DNA of 48,842 nucleotides. Source: an uncultured Natronomonas sp. GTDB taxonomy: Archaea; Halobacteriota; Halobacteria; Halobacteriales; Haloarculaceae. The notes under the pieces are model-generated. The model was given only the letters and a program-made list of their open reading frames with translations. It searched no databases and was not told the DNA's origin. A program made the position numbers and the translations under genes. Where the stretch lies: the NCBI GenBank assembly GCA_964638655.1, contig CAZWZX010000001.1:1788-50629 (forward strand), read 5' to 3'. Positions 29,694 to 39,080 of the stretch are shown in pieces. Numbering within the stretch: the first letter of the stretch is position 1; each line of letters opens with the position of its first letter.

Positions 29694-30842
29694 ATGGCTC
29701 TAGATCAGGACGACGCTCTTTCGGCGGGACCCGGGTCGGAGGACCTGGACGACAGGGACGTCGCCGTCCGTATCGAGAACGTGACGAAGGCGTTCGACGA
29801 CGTCGTCGCCGTCGACGACGTCTCGCTCGCCGTTCGCGATCAGGAGTTCCTCACGCTGCTCGGCCCCAGCGGCGCGGGAAAGACCACGCTATTGCATATG
29901 ATCGCCGGGTTCACGAAACCGACGTCGGGCGACATTCACATCGACGGCGAGGTCGTCACACAGAAGCCCCCCTACGAGCGAAACATCGGGATGGTCTTTC
30001 AGAGCATGGCGCTGTTTCCCCACATGACCGTCGCCGAGAACATCGCCTTCCCGCTCAAGATGCGTCGGGTCGACAAGTTCGACCGCGAAGCTCGCGTCCA
30101 AGAGATGCTCGATCTCATCCGTCTGCCCGACATCGCCGACCGGCGGGTTTCGGAGCTTTCGGGCGGCCAACAACAGCGGGTCGCGATCGCCCGTGCGCTG
30201 GCGTTCGAGCCCTCGCTGATGTTGCTCGACGAACCACTGAGTTCGCTCGACAAGAAACTCCGAGAGGAGATGCGCCACGAACTCCTCCGTATCCACCGCG
30301 AGACGAACGTGACGACCGTACACGTCACTCACAACCAAGAAGAGGCGCTCACGATGGCCGATCGAGTCGCCGTCATCCAGGACGGCGAGATCGCCCAACA
30401 CTCCCCAACGCAGGATCTCTACGCCCGCCCGCGGACGGCCTTCGTCGCGGACTTCGTCGGCAACACCAACATGGTCGAGGGACGGGTCGAGCGGGTCGAT
30501 CCGCCGAACTGCACCGTCGAACTCGCCGGCACCGATCACGCGATCGAATGCCGGGCGGACCTCGTCGAGGGGTCGATCGAGGTCGGCGACGACGTCTCGG
30601 TCGGAGTCCGTTTCGAGGAGATCGATATCGGCGAATCCGTTTCGGCCGACAACGTCTTCGACGGGACGGTTACGGACGTCGTTTTTAAAGGTAACTTCGT
30701 CGATACGACCGTACAGATCGACGGCATCGAGACGCCGTTTCAGGTCTCCGATATCAACTCGGAGGACACCCGTGTCTTCGCCCGCGGTGACGACGTCCGG
30801 ATCGGCTGGGACGCGACCGACTGCCTGGTGTACACGGTCTGA
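29694..30842 (+). CDS. ABC transporter ATP-binding protein, PotA/AfuC-like
   Basis: LGPSGAGKT, MVFQS.ALFPHMTV, LSGGQQQRVA, LLDEPLS.LD, TOBE-like C-terminus; TATATATAT at 29664-29672 supports ATG 29694. Confidence 0.94.
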   Translation: MALDQDDALSAGPGSEDLDDRDVAVRIENVTKAFDDVVAVDDVSLAVRDQEFLTLLGPSGAGKTTLLHMIAGFTKPTSGDIHIDGEVVTQKPPYERNIGMVFQSMALFPHMTVAENIAFPLKMRRVDKFDREARVQEMLDLIRLPDIADRRVSELSGGQQQRVAIARALAFEPSLMLLDEPLSSLDKKLREEMRHELLRIHRETNVTTVHVTHNQEEALTMADRVAVIQDGEIAQHSPTQDLYARPRTAFVADFVGNTNMVEGRVERVDPPNCTVELAGTDHAIECRADLVEGSIEVGDDVSVGVRFEEIDIGESVSADNVFDGTVTDVVFKGNFVDTTVQIDGIETPFQVSDINSEDTRVFARGDDVRIGWDATDCLVYTV

Positions 30843-31045
30843 TACGACCGAACAAACCGTCCGACTCACCGGGTTCCTCGGGGTCGGTTCCGAGGGGTTC
30901 CGGCACGCCCGAGTTGCCGCATCGAACAACGTATTCACTCTACTGGAGCGGTTTGTCGGCTTTTAATCAATATATATGCATGTATGTATAATGAGCGCCC
31001 CGGGGAAAAATATATATACAAGGATCCGAATTGAAAACACGTATC

Positions 31046-32266
31046 ATGGGACGAAAGCGCACGTCCGAAGACACCGGTGACCGAAACGAAGCGGCAAACA
31101 GCACGTATCGGCCCTCGAGGCGGGCCATGCTCAGTGCCGGCTCCGCCGCCCTGGTGAGCGGCGTCGCCGGGTGTCTGGGTGGGAACGGAAACGGCAACGG
31201 TAATGGGAACGGAAACGGAAACGGAAACGGCAATGGAAACGGCAACGGCAACGGCGAGCCTGAAAAGCCCGACTCGATCACCGTTCGGGCCTGGGGCGGG
31301 ATCTGGGAGGGTTCGTTGGCCGAACACGTCGGCGATGCGTTCACCGAGGACACGGGAATCGAGGTCCAGTACGACAACACCGATCGGACCGTCATGCAGG
31401 GCGACATCCGGACGGCGATCCAGCAGGACCGGGAGCCGCCCGTCAACGTGATGTGGACCGTCGAGCCGGCGCTTCACGAGGAGTATCTGATGGACCTCGC
31501 CGAGCCGCTCGACCCCGATATCGTCACGAACCTCGACGAGATGTTCGACCTCGCGATCCCCGACGTCGACGGCGACCTGCCGTACGTCGTGTTGTACTCG
31601 TACACCTACTCGCTTTCCTACAACGAGGAGGCGCTGGAGGAGGTTACCGGGTCGACCGAACCGCCGGAATCGTGGACCGATTTCCTGGACGAGCAGTTCG
31701 AAAACGAGTTCTCGCAGTACGACAACGGCTACGGCTTCTGGCCGGTTCTCTCGGAGCTGACGGATACGCCGCTGGGCGACGACGATCTTCAGCCGGTGTA
31801 CGATCAACTAGAGGCGTTCAGACCGAGCATCGGACACATCGGCGACGACACGAGCCTGACACAGCAGATCCGCGAGGGTGAGGTCGCCGCCGGGCCGCTT
31901 CTGATGAACAACCTCCGGGAAGCCTTCGAGGAGGGCGAACCGGTCGGCTGGACGATCCCCGAGGAAGGCGCGACCGCGTGGGGCGATGGGATGTACACGC
32001 CACGGAACCAGTCCGAATCCGAACTGTACTGGTCGCAGGTGTTCATCAACTACGCCTGTGCCGCGGAGAACCAGGAAGGCTGGACTGGGGGACTCTCGCT
32101 GCCGATGCTCAACAGCAACGTCGAACCGCTGGATTACATGGTCGACGATCCGGCATACCCGACCAGCGAGGAGGACTTCGAGAACCTGCTGACCGTCGAT
32201 CTGGACGTCTACACGGAGCGGAAGTCCGAACTCTACGAGGAGTTCAACGTCATCATGGGCTCCTAA
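31046..32266 (+). CDS. ABC transporter substrate-binding protein, PotD/PotF-like (Tat lipoprotein)
   Basis: SRRAML twin-Arg, VAGC lipobox, (GN)12 linker, AWGG, FTEDTGIEV, PESW.DF, IPEEG, FINY; TATA at 31010-31018. Confidence 0.9.
   Translation: MGRKRTSEDTGDRNEAANSTYRPSRRAMLSAGSAALVSGVAGCLGGNGNGNGNGNGNGNGNGNGNGNGNGEPEKPDSITVRAWGGIWEGSLAEHVGDAFTEDTGIEVQYDNTDRTVMQGDIRTAIQQDREPPVNVMWTVEPALHEEYLMDLAEPLDPDIVTNLDEMFDLAIPDVDGDLPYVVLYSYTYSLSYNEEALEEVTGSTEPPESWTDFLDEQFENEFSQYDNGYGFWPVLSELTDTPLGDDDLQPVYDQLEAFRPSIGHIGDDTSLTQQIREGEVAAGPLLMNNLREAFEEGEPVGWTIPEEGATAWGDGMYTPRNQSESELYWSQVFINYACAAENQEGWTGGLSLPMLNSNVEPLDYMVDDPAYPTSEEDFENLLTVDLDVYTERKSELYEEFNVIMGS
31181..31252 (+). repeat. (Gly-Asn)12 coding hexamer repeat
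   Basis: 12 x GGN-AAY with mixed synonymous codons. Confidence 0.95.
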
Positions 32267-32424
32267 GGTCCCCCTCATCCCATGTCAGATCCGGGACGAA
32301 CCTTCGCTCGTCGGGCGTTTAACGTCGAGTTCGGACGACGCATCCGTCCAAAACCCTTATTAATACACCAACTGTGCGCTATGTCATATGATGGATACGA
32401 ACCGAAAGGACTCGAGTGAGCACC

Positions 32425-33387
32425 ATGGTCGATAAGAAACCGAGACAACTCGAGCGGGCAGTCTGGAAGGCGGAGGACACCCTGATCGCCGCCAAGGAGC
32501 TGCTCCCCGAGCGGTTCTATCAGTCGCCACCGACGTGGATGGGGTATATCCTCATCGTCCCCGGATTCTTGCTCGTCAGTTTCCTCTTCGTCGGGATGTT
32601 CATCCTGACCGCGTATAGCTTCCTGACACACGATCCCTTCGAGTTCATCATCTACGAGTTCACTCTGGAGAACTGGGAGACGCTGCTCGGACGGCGCGGT
32701 TACTACTCGATCTTCGTTCGAACGATCGGGTTGTCGCTTCTCATCACCGCTCTGTCGGTCGCTTTCGCGCTCCCGTACGCCTACCTGACGATCCGCGTCC
32801 GCTCGGCTCTCGTTCGAAAGCTGCTTTTGATCAGCCTCTTCGTTCCGTTCTTTACCGGCGTGATCGTCCGCGCGTACGGCTGGCTCATCATTCTCGGCCG
32901 TAACGGCCTTTTGAACTCCGCGCTCGGCGTCGTGGGGATCGAACCGATCCGGTTCATCGGAACGCGGACGGGCGTCGTGATCGGACTCCTCCAGATCATG
33001 ATCCCCTTCGCGATCATCATGCTCGCGCCGGCGATCCAGAACATCGACCGATCGCTCGAACTCGCGGCGAGCAACCTCGGCGCGAACCGCCTGGACACGT
33101 TCCGGTACGTCGTGATCCCGCTTTCGCTTCCCGGTATCGCCGGCGCCACCATCGTCGTATTCACCATCACGTCGGCGACCTACGCCATCCCGGAACTCGT
33201 CGGCGGCGGGCAGGTGACCTTCGTCGCGAACCTCATCTTCCGAACGCTGTTCGATTCCGGCAACTGGCCGCTGGCCGCGGCGTTCAGCGTCGCCCTGGTG
33301 ATCGTCAGTTCGATCGTCGTCCTGTTCGTCTTCCAGGTCGTCGGGACCGGTACCCTCGGCGTCGACACGGGTGATCCCGATGAGTAA
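32425..33387 (+). CDS. ABC transporter permease, PotB-like
   Basis: FTLENW, ALPYAY, VPFF...IVRAYGW..ILG.NG.LN, IDRSLELAA.NLGA, NWPLAAA; ATG 32425 (alternative GTG 32416). Confidence 0.92.
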   Translation: MVDKKPRQLERAVWKAEDTLIAAKELLPERFYQSPPTWMGYILIVPGFLLVSFLFVGMFILTAYSFLTHDPFEFIIYEFTLENWETLLGRRGYYSIFVRTIGLSLLITALSVAFALPYAYLTIRVRSALVRKLLLISLFVPFFTGVIVRAYGWLIILGRNGLLNSALGVVGIEPIRFIGTRTGVVIGLLQIMIPFAIIMLAPAIQNIDRSLELAASNLGANRLDTFRYVVIPLSLPGIAGATIVVFTITSATYAIPELVGGGQVTFVANLIFRTLFDSGNWPLAAAFSVALVIVSSIVVLFVFQVVGTGTLGVDTGDPDE

Positions 33388-34218
33388 CGGAGACGGGCTC
33401 GCGAACCGCTTTTTCCGTCTCACGCGGGGGCTCCCCGGCGAACACCCGGTTCTGTCGGTGATAATCGTCCTCGAGGTCATCTTCCTCATGCTGCCGACGC
33501 TCATCGTCCTCGTCGTCTCGTTCCAGGGGGCGATCTGGTCAGGTTCCCACCCGACGATTTCTCCCTGCGGTGGTACGCACAGATCCCGGGCGAACAGCGG
33601 TTCATCGACGCGTTCTACCGGAGTGTCGCCGTCGCGCTGTTCTGTACACTGCTCTCGATACCGATCGGGATCCTCACCGGCCTCGGATTGATCCGCTACG
33701 ATATCCGCTTCGAAAAGTCCCTGCAGATCTACTTCCTGTTGCCGTTTACCGTTCCGCTCGTGGTTTCGGGCGTGATCCTGCTGATCATCCTCGGCGAGCT
33801 CGGCTACATCGGACAGCTGTGGACGGTCGGGCTCGCTCTGACGATCATCAACATCCCCTTTATGATCTGGAGCGTCACCTCCCGGGTCAACGCGCTCGAT
33901 CCGCAACTGGAAAACGCCGCGAAGAACCTCGGTGCCGACGAGATACAGACTTTCTTCAACGTGACGCTCCCCTCGCTGATGCCGGGCGTCATCACGGGAT
34001 CGCTCATCATGTTCGTGCTCGGACTCAACGAGTTCCTCGTCAGCCTCATCATCACGACGCCAGATATCGTCACGCTCCCGGTGTTGATCTACACCTCGAT
34101 CCGCTCGAACATCAGTCCGCTCGTCGCCGCAGTCGCGAGCGTCTACGTCGTCGTCGCGTTCGTGGCCGTGATCGTCGCCGATCGGCTCGTCGGACTCGAA
34201 CAGTTCCTGAAATCCTGA
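33380..34218 (+). pseudogene. PotC-like ABC permease split by a 1-nt frameshift in the G5 run at 33526-33530 (real lesion or sequencing error)
   Basis: Frame 1 MSNG...LPTLIVLVVSFQG; adding one G continues as GDLVRFPPDDFSLRWY...LENAAKNLGA...TLPVLIY, the standard PotC sequence. Confidence 0.88.
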
Positions 34219-34582
34219 GCGCTGCGATCTTCCCGGTCTCCGGTCGTATCGATCCCGGTTCGGTTTCGTCGCCGTGAACGCCTCCGCTCGAAGAGGCCTC
34301 ATCAGGGGTTCGGTGACATACCTCAATAGACTACGATATACTAAAGTATTTTATACGAGCGCGAACGGATCCGCATCGAGGTCTGAGCGGATCGGAAACA
34401 GATATCGTTCAGACCGGATAGAACCGGATCAAGCGATAGATACCGGACGTTTCGATGCCATCCATCGTTCGATCCCGTACACGTTTTATAGACCACCGGG
34501 ACGGACAGAGACGCTGTTATCGGTTCAGACCGAGTGTGCGTATTATGTTAGAAATATGTTTATTACGGTAACTGTTTGGTAG

Positions 34583-35560
34583 TCAACGTATCGAATCGGG
34601 GTTGACAAGCCCCTCGACGCGTTCGCCGTTCAGCGCGGCGACGGCGATCTCGGTTCCGCGCCGACGGAGCGTCGATACCGTCCGCGTCGAATACCATGCC
34701 GCGTGTGGCGTGACGATTACGTCGTCGCGTCCGAGGAGTGGGTTCTCCCTCGACGGCGGTTCCCGCCCGAGAACGTCGAGTCCCGCTCCGCGTAACTCGC
34801 CGTTTTCGAGCGCCTCGAGGAGTGCCGCTTCGTCGAGTACCCGCCCCCGACCCGTGTTCACGAGGACGGCGTCGTCGTTCAACCGCTCGAGCGCCGCCGC
34901 GCCGACCATCCCTTCGGTCTCCCCGGTCAGCGGTGCGTGTATCGAGATGACGTCGGCGGTATCGAGCAACGTCCCGTAGTCGACCGGACGGACGCCGTGA
35001 CTCTCGATCTCGTCGTCGTCGATATAAGGATCGTACGCACAGACGTCGAACCCGAGCGCTGCGGCCTTTCTCGCGGTCGTGCTCCCCTTGTGTCCGAACG
35101 CTAACACGCCGAACGTCGCCTCCTCGACCGGCGGAATCGGCGCGGCGTCGGCCCACTCCCAGCGTCCCTCGGCCGCGGACGAATCGTACACCGAAAGCCC
35201 CCGAAACGCCGCCAAAGCGAGCGTGAGGGCGTGGGTTCCGACCTCCTCGTCACAGTACTCCGGGACACGGGTCACCCGGACGCCGCGCTCGGTCGCGGCC
35301 CCGATATCGATGCCGTCGATCCCGGTCGCGTACCTGGCAACGACAGAACAGCCCGTCGCGTCCATACTCGCCGCCGACACGCCCGTATAATGGGACAACA
35401 GGAGATCGGCCTCCCCGACCGCCTCGGGGATCTCCGCCTCGGTGCAGTCGATCCCCTCGACGACGACGTCGTCGAGCAACTCCTCGAAGTGAGCCCGCTC
35501 TGCGTCGACGTCCCCGAACCAGTCCGGATCGAGCATGACCGCCCGCACGGTATCCGTCAT
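34583..35560 (-). CDS. D-2-hydroxyacid dehydrogenase family protein (CtBP/SerA-like)
   Basis: RYATGIDGID..AA..RGV.V..VPEYC..EV, AYDPY, SIHAPLT, VNTGRG, GLDV...EP, TPHAAWYS. Confidence 0.92.
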   Translation of the reverse strand: MTDTVRAVMLDPDWFGDVDAERAHFEELLDDVVVEGIDCTEAEIPEAVGEADLLLSHYTGVSAASMDATGCSVVARYATGIDGIDIGAATERGVRVTRVPEYCDEEVGTHALTLALAAFRGLSVYDSSAAEGRWEWADAAPIPPVEEATFGVLAFGHKGSTTARKAAALGFDVCAYDPYIDDDEIESHGVRPVDYGTLLDTADVISIHAPLTGETEGMVGAAALERLNDDAVLVNTGRGRVLDEAALLEALENGELRGAGLDVLGREPPSRENPLLGRDDVIVTPHAAWYSTRTVSTLRRRGTEIAVAALNGERVEGLVNPDSIR

Positions 35561-35656
35561 GTGGTTTCGGACACGCTCGATACGCAAATATCCCCGTCCT
35601 CCATACGGGGCGTCCGCCCGATCGATTCCGAACGAACCCGCCCGCTCCGAGGGGAC

Positions 35657-36817
35657 TCAAGCGGTTCCGAGGAACGCCTCGAGCCGATCCATCGCCGTCT
35701 CGATGGTGTCCGGATCGGTCGCATAGGAAAAGCGCACGTACCCCTCGCTGTCGTCGCCGAACACCGTCCCGGGAACGGCGGCGACGCCGGCCTCGGCCAT
35801 GAGCCGCTCGACGAACTCGCGGCTGTCGTCCGTGTGTTCGGAGATGTCGGCGAAGACGTAGAAGGCGCCGCGGGGATTTCCCGGGTCGACGCCGTCGATC
35901 GACTCGAGGCGGTCAAGCACGATCCGGCGGCGTTCGGCGAACGCCCCGTGGATCTCGTCGACGACGTCCCGGTTTTCCAGCGCTGCAAGCGCCGCGACCT
36001 GCGCCGGTTCGGCGATCGAGGAGGTGCTGTGTTCCTGCAGGACGCGCATCCCGTCGACGACGTGTGCCGGTGCGCTCGCATAGCCGACGCGCCAGCCGGT
36101 CATCGCGTAGGACTTCGAGAAGCTGTGGACCGTCACGCAGTGCTCGAAGCGGTCCCCGTCGCTCGCGAGCGAGTGGTGGGTCGCGTCGTCGTAGACGAGA
36201 TGTTCGTAGGTCTCGTCGGCGACGATCCACAGATCGTTCTCGCTCGCGACGTCGGCGATCGCCTCCAGCCGGGCCGGCGGGATCACGGCTCCCGTGGGGT
36301 TCGCGGGCGTGTTCAGCACGATCGCGACAGTCTCTTCGGTGATCGCGTCGGCGACGGTTTCGGCCGCCGGCACGAACGTCTCGTCGGTCGGGAGGGGAAC
36401 GAACTCCGCCCCGGTGCTCGCGACGTGGCCGTGGAAGTTCGGCCAGTACGGCTCGGGAACGAGCACCTCCTCGCCCGGGTCACAGAGGACGTTGAGCGAA
36501 CTGAAAAGCGCCCCCATCGCCCCCGGCGTCACGATGAGCTCCTCGCCGGGATCGGCGTCGATCCCGTTTTCCGCCGCCAGTTTCGCCGCGAGCGACTCCC
36601 GGAGGTCCGCCCGTCCGGTCGAGGTCGTGTAGCTGCTGATTCCGGTCCCGAGCGCGTCTGCGACCGCGGTCGCGATCGGCTCCGGGGTGGCGAAATCCGG
36701 CTCGCCGATGCTCATATCGGCGAGGTCGTCGTACTTCTGGGCGGCATCGAACACTTCGCGGATGCCCGACTGTGGCATCCGGTCGGTCAGCTCCGAGAGA
36801 TCCGGATAGTTCGGCAT
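35657..36817 (-). CDS. PLP-dependent aminotransferase, class I/II (AspC-like)
   Basis: SIGEPDF, LNTPANPTG, ADETY, SFSKSYAMTGWRVG, GAFY, VRFSYA; TTTATC at 36841-36846 supports ATG 36817. Confidence 0.94.
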   Translation of the reverse strand: MPNYPDLSELTDRMPQSGIREVFDAAQKYDDLADMSIGEPDFATPEPIATAVADALGTGISSYTTSTGRADLRESLAAKLAAENGIDADPGEELIVTPGAMGALFSSLNVLCDPGEEVLVPEPYWPNFHGHVASTGAEFVPLPTDETFVPAAETVADAITEETVAIVLNTPANPTGAVIPPARLEAIADVASENDLWIVADETYEHLVYDDATHHSLASDGDRFEHCVTVHSFSKSYAMTGWRVGYASAPAHVVDGMRVLQEHSTSSIAEPAQVAALAALENRDVVDEIHGAFAERRRIVLDRLESIDGVDPGNPRGAFYVFADISEHTDDSREFVERLMAEAGVAAVPGTVFGDDSEGYVRFSYATDPDTIETAMDRLEAFLGTA

Positions 36818-36872
36818 ACTGCCCGGTACGCCGTCCGACGGATAAACCCTGTTGCTCCCTACGGCGGGGGGT

Positions 36873-37316
36873 TCAGATCTCCCGGATGATCTCGCCGTCC
36901 GGTTCGAGTGCCTCGATTTCGACCTCGGTGAACGGGACCTCGATTTCGACCTCAACGAGGTACTCCTCGTGTGCTAACTCCTCGTGGCCGAGAACGGTGT
37001 GACACGGGTACGGCTCCTCGAAGGTGTCCTGATAGACCCGCTTGTAGCCGTCGTAGTAGTGTTCGCTCAGATCGACGATGTGCGTCGTGACCTTCGCCAC
37101 GTCGGCGTAGGTCTTCCCGACCGCATCGAGGAGGATCCCGACGTTCTCGTAGGTCTTGTCGGCTTGGGTTTCGATGTCGTCCCCGACGACGTTGGAGTGT
37201 TCGTCCATCGCCACCTGTCCGGCCATGTAGAACGTCCCCCCGTCGATGACCGCGTGGTTGTAGCCGATGCTTCGGGCGTCTTTGAGTTCCGGTGGATTGA
37301 TCGCCAATCGCGTCAT
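36873..37316 (-). CDS. Rid (YjgF/YER057c/UK114) family protein
   Basis: YNHAV...YMAGQV, Q....YENV..LL, DVAKVT, P..T, LVEVE. Confidence 0.88.
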   Translation of the reverse strand: MTRLAINPPELKDARSIGYNHAVIDGGTFYMAGQVAMDEHSNVVGDDIETQADKTYENVGILLDAVGKTYADVAKVTTHIVDLSEHYYDGYKRVYQDTFEEPYPCHTVLGHEELAHEEYLVEVEIEVPFTEVEIEALEPDGEIIREI

Positions 37317-37420
37317 GGCTCGGTATCCGTAAAGCGGACTGAAAAAGGGTGACCCTCCAGGTGGCGGTGTTCCGCCCTCGATCCGGAGCCCTTATCCGTC
37401 GACTCCCCGACCGAAGCCGT

Positions 37421-38371
37421 ATGTCCGAACGCGTACTCGTCCTCTCCACCGGCGGCACCATCGCGAGCACGGCCGGCGACGACGGCGCCGGCCCGACGAA
37501 GACCGGCGAGGAACTCGTCGGGGCCGTTCCGGAACTGGAGGGCCGGATCCGCGTCGAGAACGTCGCCCATCGCCCCAGCATCGACATGGATTTCGAGGTG
37601 TTGGAGCGGCTCCGCGAACGGATCGCCGCCCACGACGGCGGTGTCGTCGTCACCCACGGGACCGACACGATGTCCGAGTCGGCCTACTATCTCGATCTCG
37701 CGTGCGAGAGCGACTCACCCGTCGTCTTCACCGGCGCACAGCGTCGTCCGGATCAGGCGGGCGCCGACGGCCCGGCGAACCTCCTCGATTCGGTCAGCGC
37801 CGCCGAGGAAGCCGCCGTCCGGACGGCCGGCGGCGTCTATCTCTGTCTCAACGGCGAGCTTCACGCCGCCCGCGACGCCGTCAAATCCCACACGTGGCGT
37901 CTCGACACGTTCGAATCCCCCGGCAAGGGTCCGGTCGGCGTCCTCGCTCCCGACGGCTTCGAGCGATACGGCGAACTGGGTTCCCGATCGGTGAATCTCC
38001 CGATCGACGAGCCCCCGGCCGGTGACGTCCCGATCGTCCCGCTTGGCCTCGGCGTCGACCGCGATCGGGTCGACCGCGCGGTCGACGGCGGCTGTGACGG
38101 GATCGTCCTCCAAGCGACCGGTCTGGGGAACGCGCCCGAAGCCGTCGCCGACGCCGTCGCCGACGCGATCTCGGCCGGCGTTCCCGTCGTTATCGCCTCT
38201 CGGTGTCCCGGGGGCGGGGTCGCGGCAGTCTACGGTGGCGGCGGCGGTCACACCCTCGAGGGACACGGTGCCGTCCTCGGCGACGACCTCCCCGCACACA
38301 AAGCGCGGATCAAACTTCTCGTCGCACTCGGGTCGGAGCTGTCGGTCGCCGAAGCGTTCGCCGAGGACTGA
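37421..38371 (+). CDS. L-asparaginase family protein
   Basis: STGGTIAS, VVTHGTDTM, PVVFTGAQR, DGPANL, KSHT, GLGN, KARIKL; CTTATC about 27 nt upstream. Confidence 0.93.
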   Translation: MSERVLVLSTGGTIASTAGDDGAGPTKTGEELVGAVPELEGRIRVENVAHRPSIDMDFEVLERLRERIAAHDGGVVVTHGTDTMSESAYYLDLACESDSPVVFTGAQRRPDQAGADGPANLLDSVSAAEEAAVRTAGGVYLCLNGELHAARDAVKSHTWRLDTFESPGKGPVGVLAPDGFERYGELGSRSVNLPIDEPPAGDVPIVPLGLGVDRDRVDRAVDGGCDGIVLQATGLGNAPEAVADAVADAISAGVPVVIASRCPGGGVAAVYGGGGGHTLEGHGAVLGDDLPAHKARIKLLVALGSELSVAEAFAED

Positions 38372-38380
38372 TCGGATCGC

Positions 38381-39010
38381 TCACGGCTTGCCCGGAAAGT
38401 TCACGTACCGATCGAGTTTCGCTCCGGCGTTTTCCGTCACGGACGAGCCGTGATAGACGAGGCCGACCTCGAACTCGTACTCGAGTAACCGCTCGAGGTT
38501 CGTTTCGGCCTCGTTGAGATCCCTCGAGTAGACGGCCGGCGGGAGGTGGAAATACCCCGCCGGCAGTCCGCGCTGGTCGGCGCCGGAGACGGCGTCGCCC
38601 AGCACCGCGATCGCAGCGTCCTCGTCGATCAGGGCGTGGTTGTCCGGTTCGTGTCCGGGGACGGAGACGGCCTCGAACCGTCCGATCCGATCGCCGTCGC
38701 CGTATCGGTGATCCGGAACGTGATCGGTCTCGAGTTCGGTCTGTTCGGGTACCCACGTCTCGATACCGTACCGATCGACGATCGCATCGAAGCCGCCGAT
38801 GTGATCGCCGTCGCCGTGGGTGATTACGAGCCGTTCCGGTTCGACCCCGACGGCCTCGATGCCCTCGAACACCGATTCGGCCGTCTCTGCGAGCCCGGCA
38901 TCGAAAAGCGTCGGCGTCCCGTCGGTGAACAGGAACGCCCGATACCGTTTGCCGCTGTCTTCGGTCCGGCACGTGATGTCGTGGACGCCGTCTGCGAGTT
39001 CGGTCGGCAT
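38381..39010 (-). CDS. MBL-fold metallo-hydrolase
   Basis: LFDAG, ITHGDGDHIGG, VPGH, LGDA, YHG. Confidence 0.88.
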   Translation of the reverse strand: MPTELADGVHDITCRTEDSGKRYRAFLFTDGTPTLFDAGLAETAESVFEGIEAVGVEPERLVITHGDGDHIGGFDAIVDRYGIETWVPEQTELETDHVPDHRYGDGDRIGRFEAVSVPGHEPDNHALIDEDAAIAVLGDAVSGADQRGLPAGYFHLPPAVYSRDLNEAETNLERLLEYEFEVGLVYHGSSVTENAGAKLDRYVNFPGKP

Positions 39011-39080
39011 ACGTTGTGAACTACCGCGAAAAAAGATAATTGCATCGCCCCGCCGGGCCGATCACGCGACGCCGGTCGAA

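Noticed and set aside
31181-31252. CRISPR or phase-variable microsatellite
   Set aside because: In-frame hexamer coding repeat with synonymous variation; no spacers or cas genes
32381-32419. 12-codon upstream ORF (MSYDGYEPKGLE) overlapping the permease GTG
   Set aside because: Too short to separate from chance and the TATA spacing is ambiguous between several ATGs
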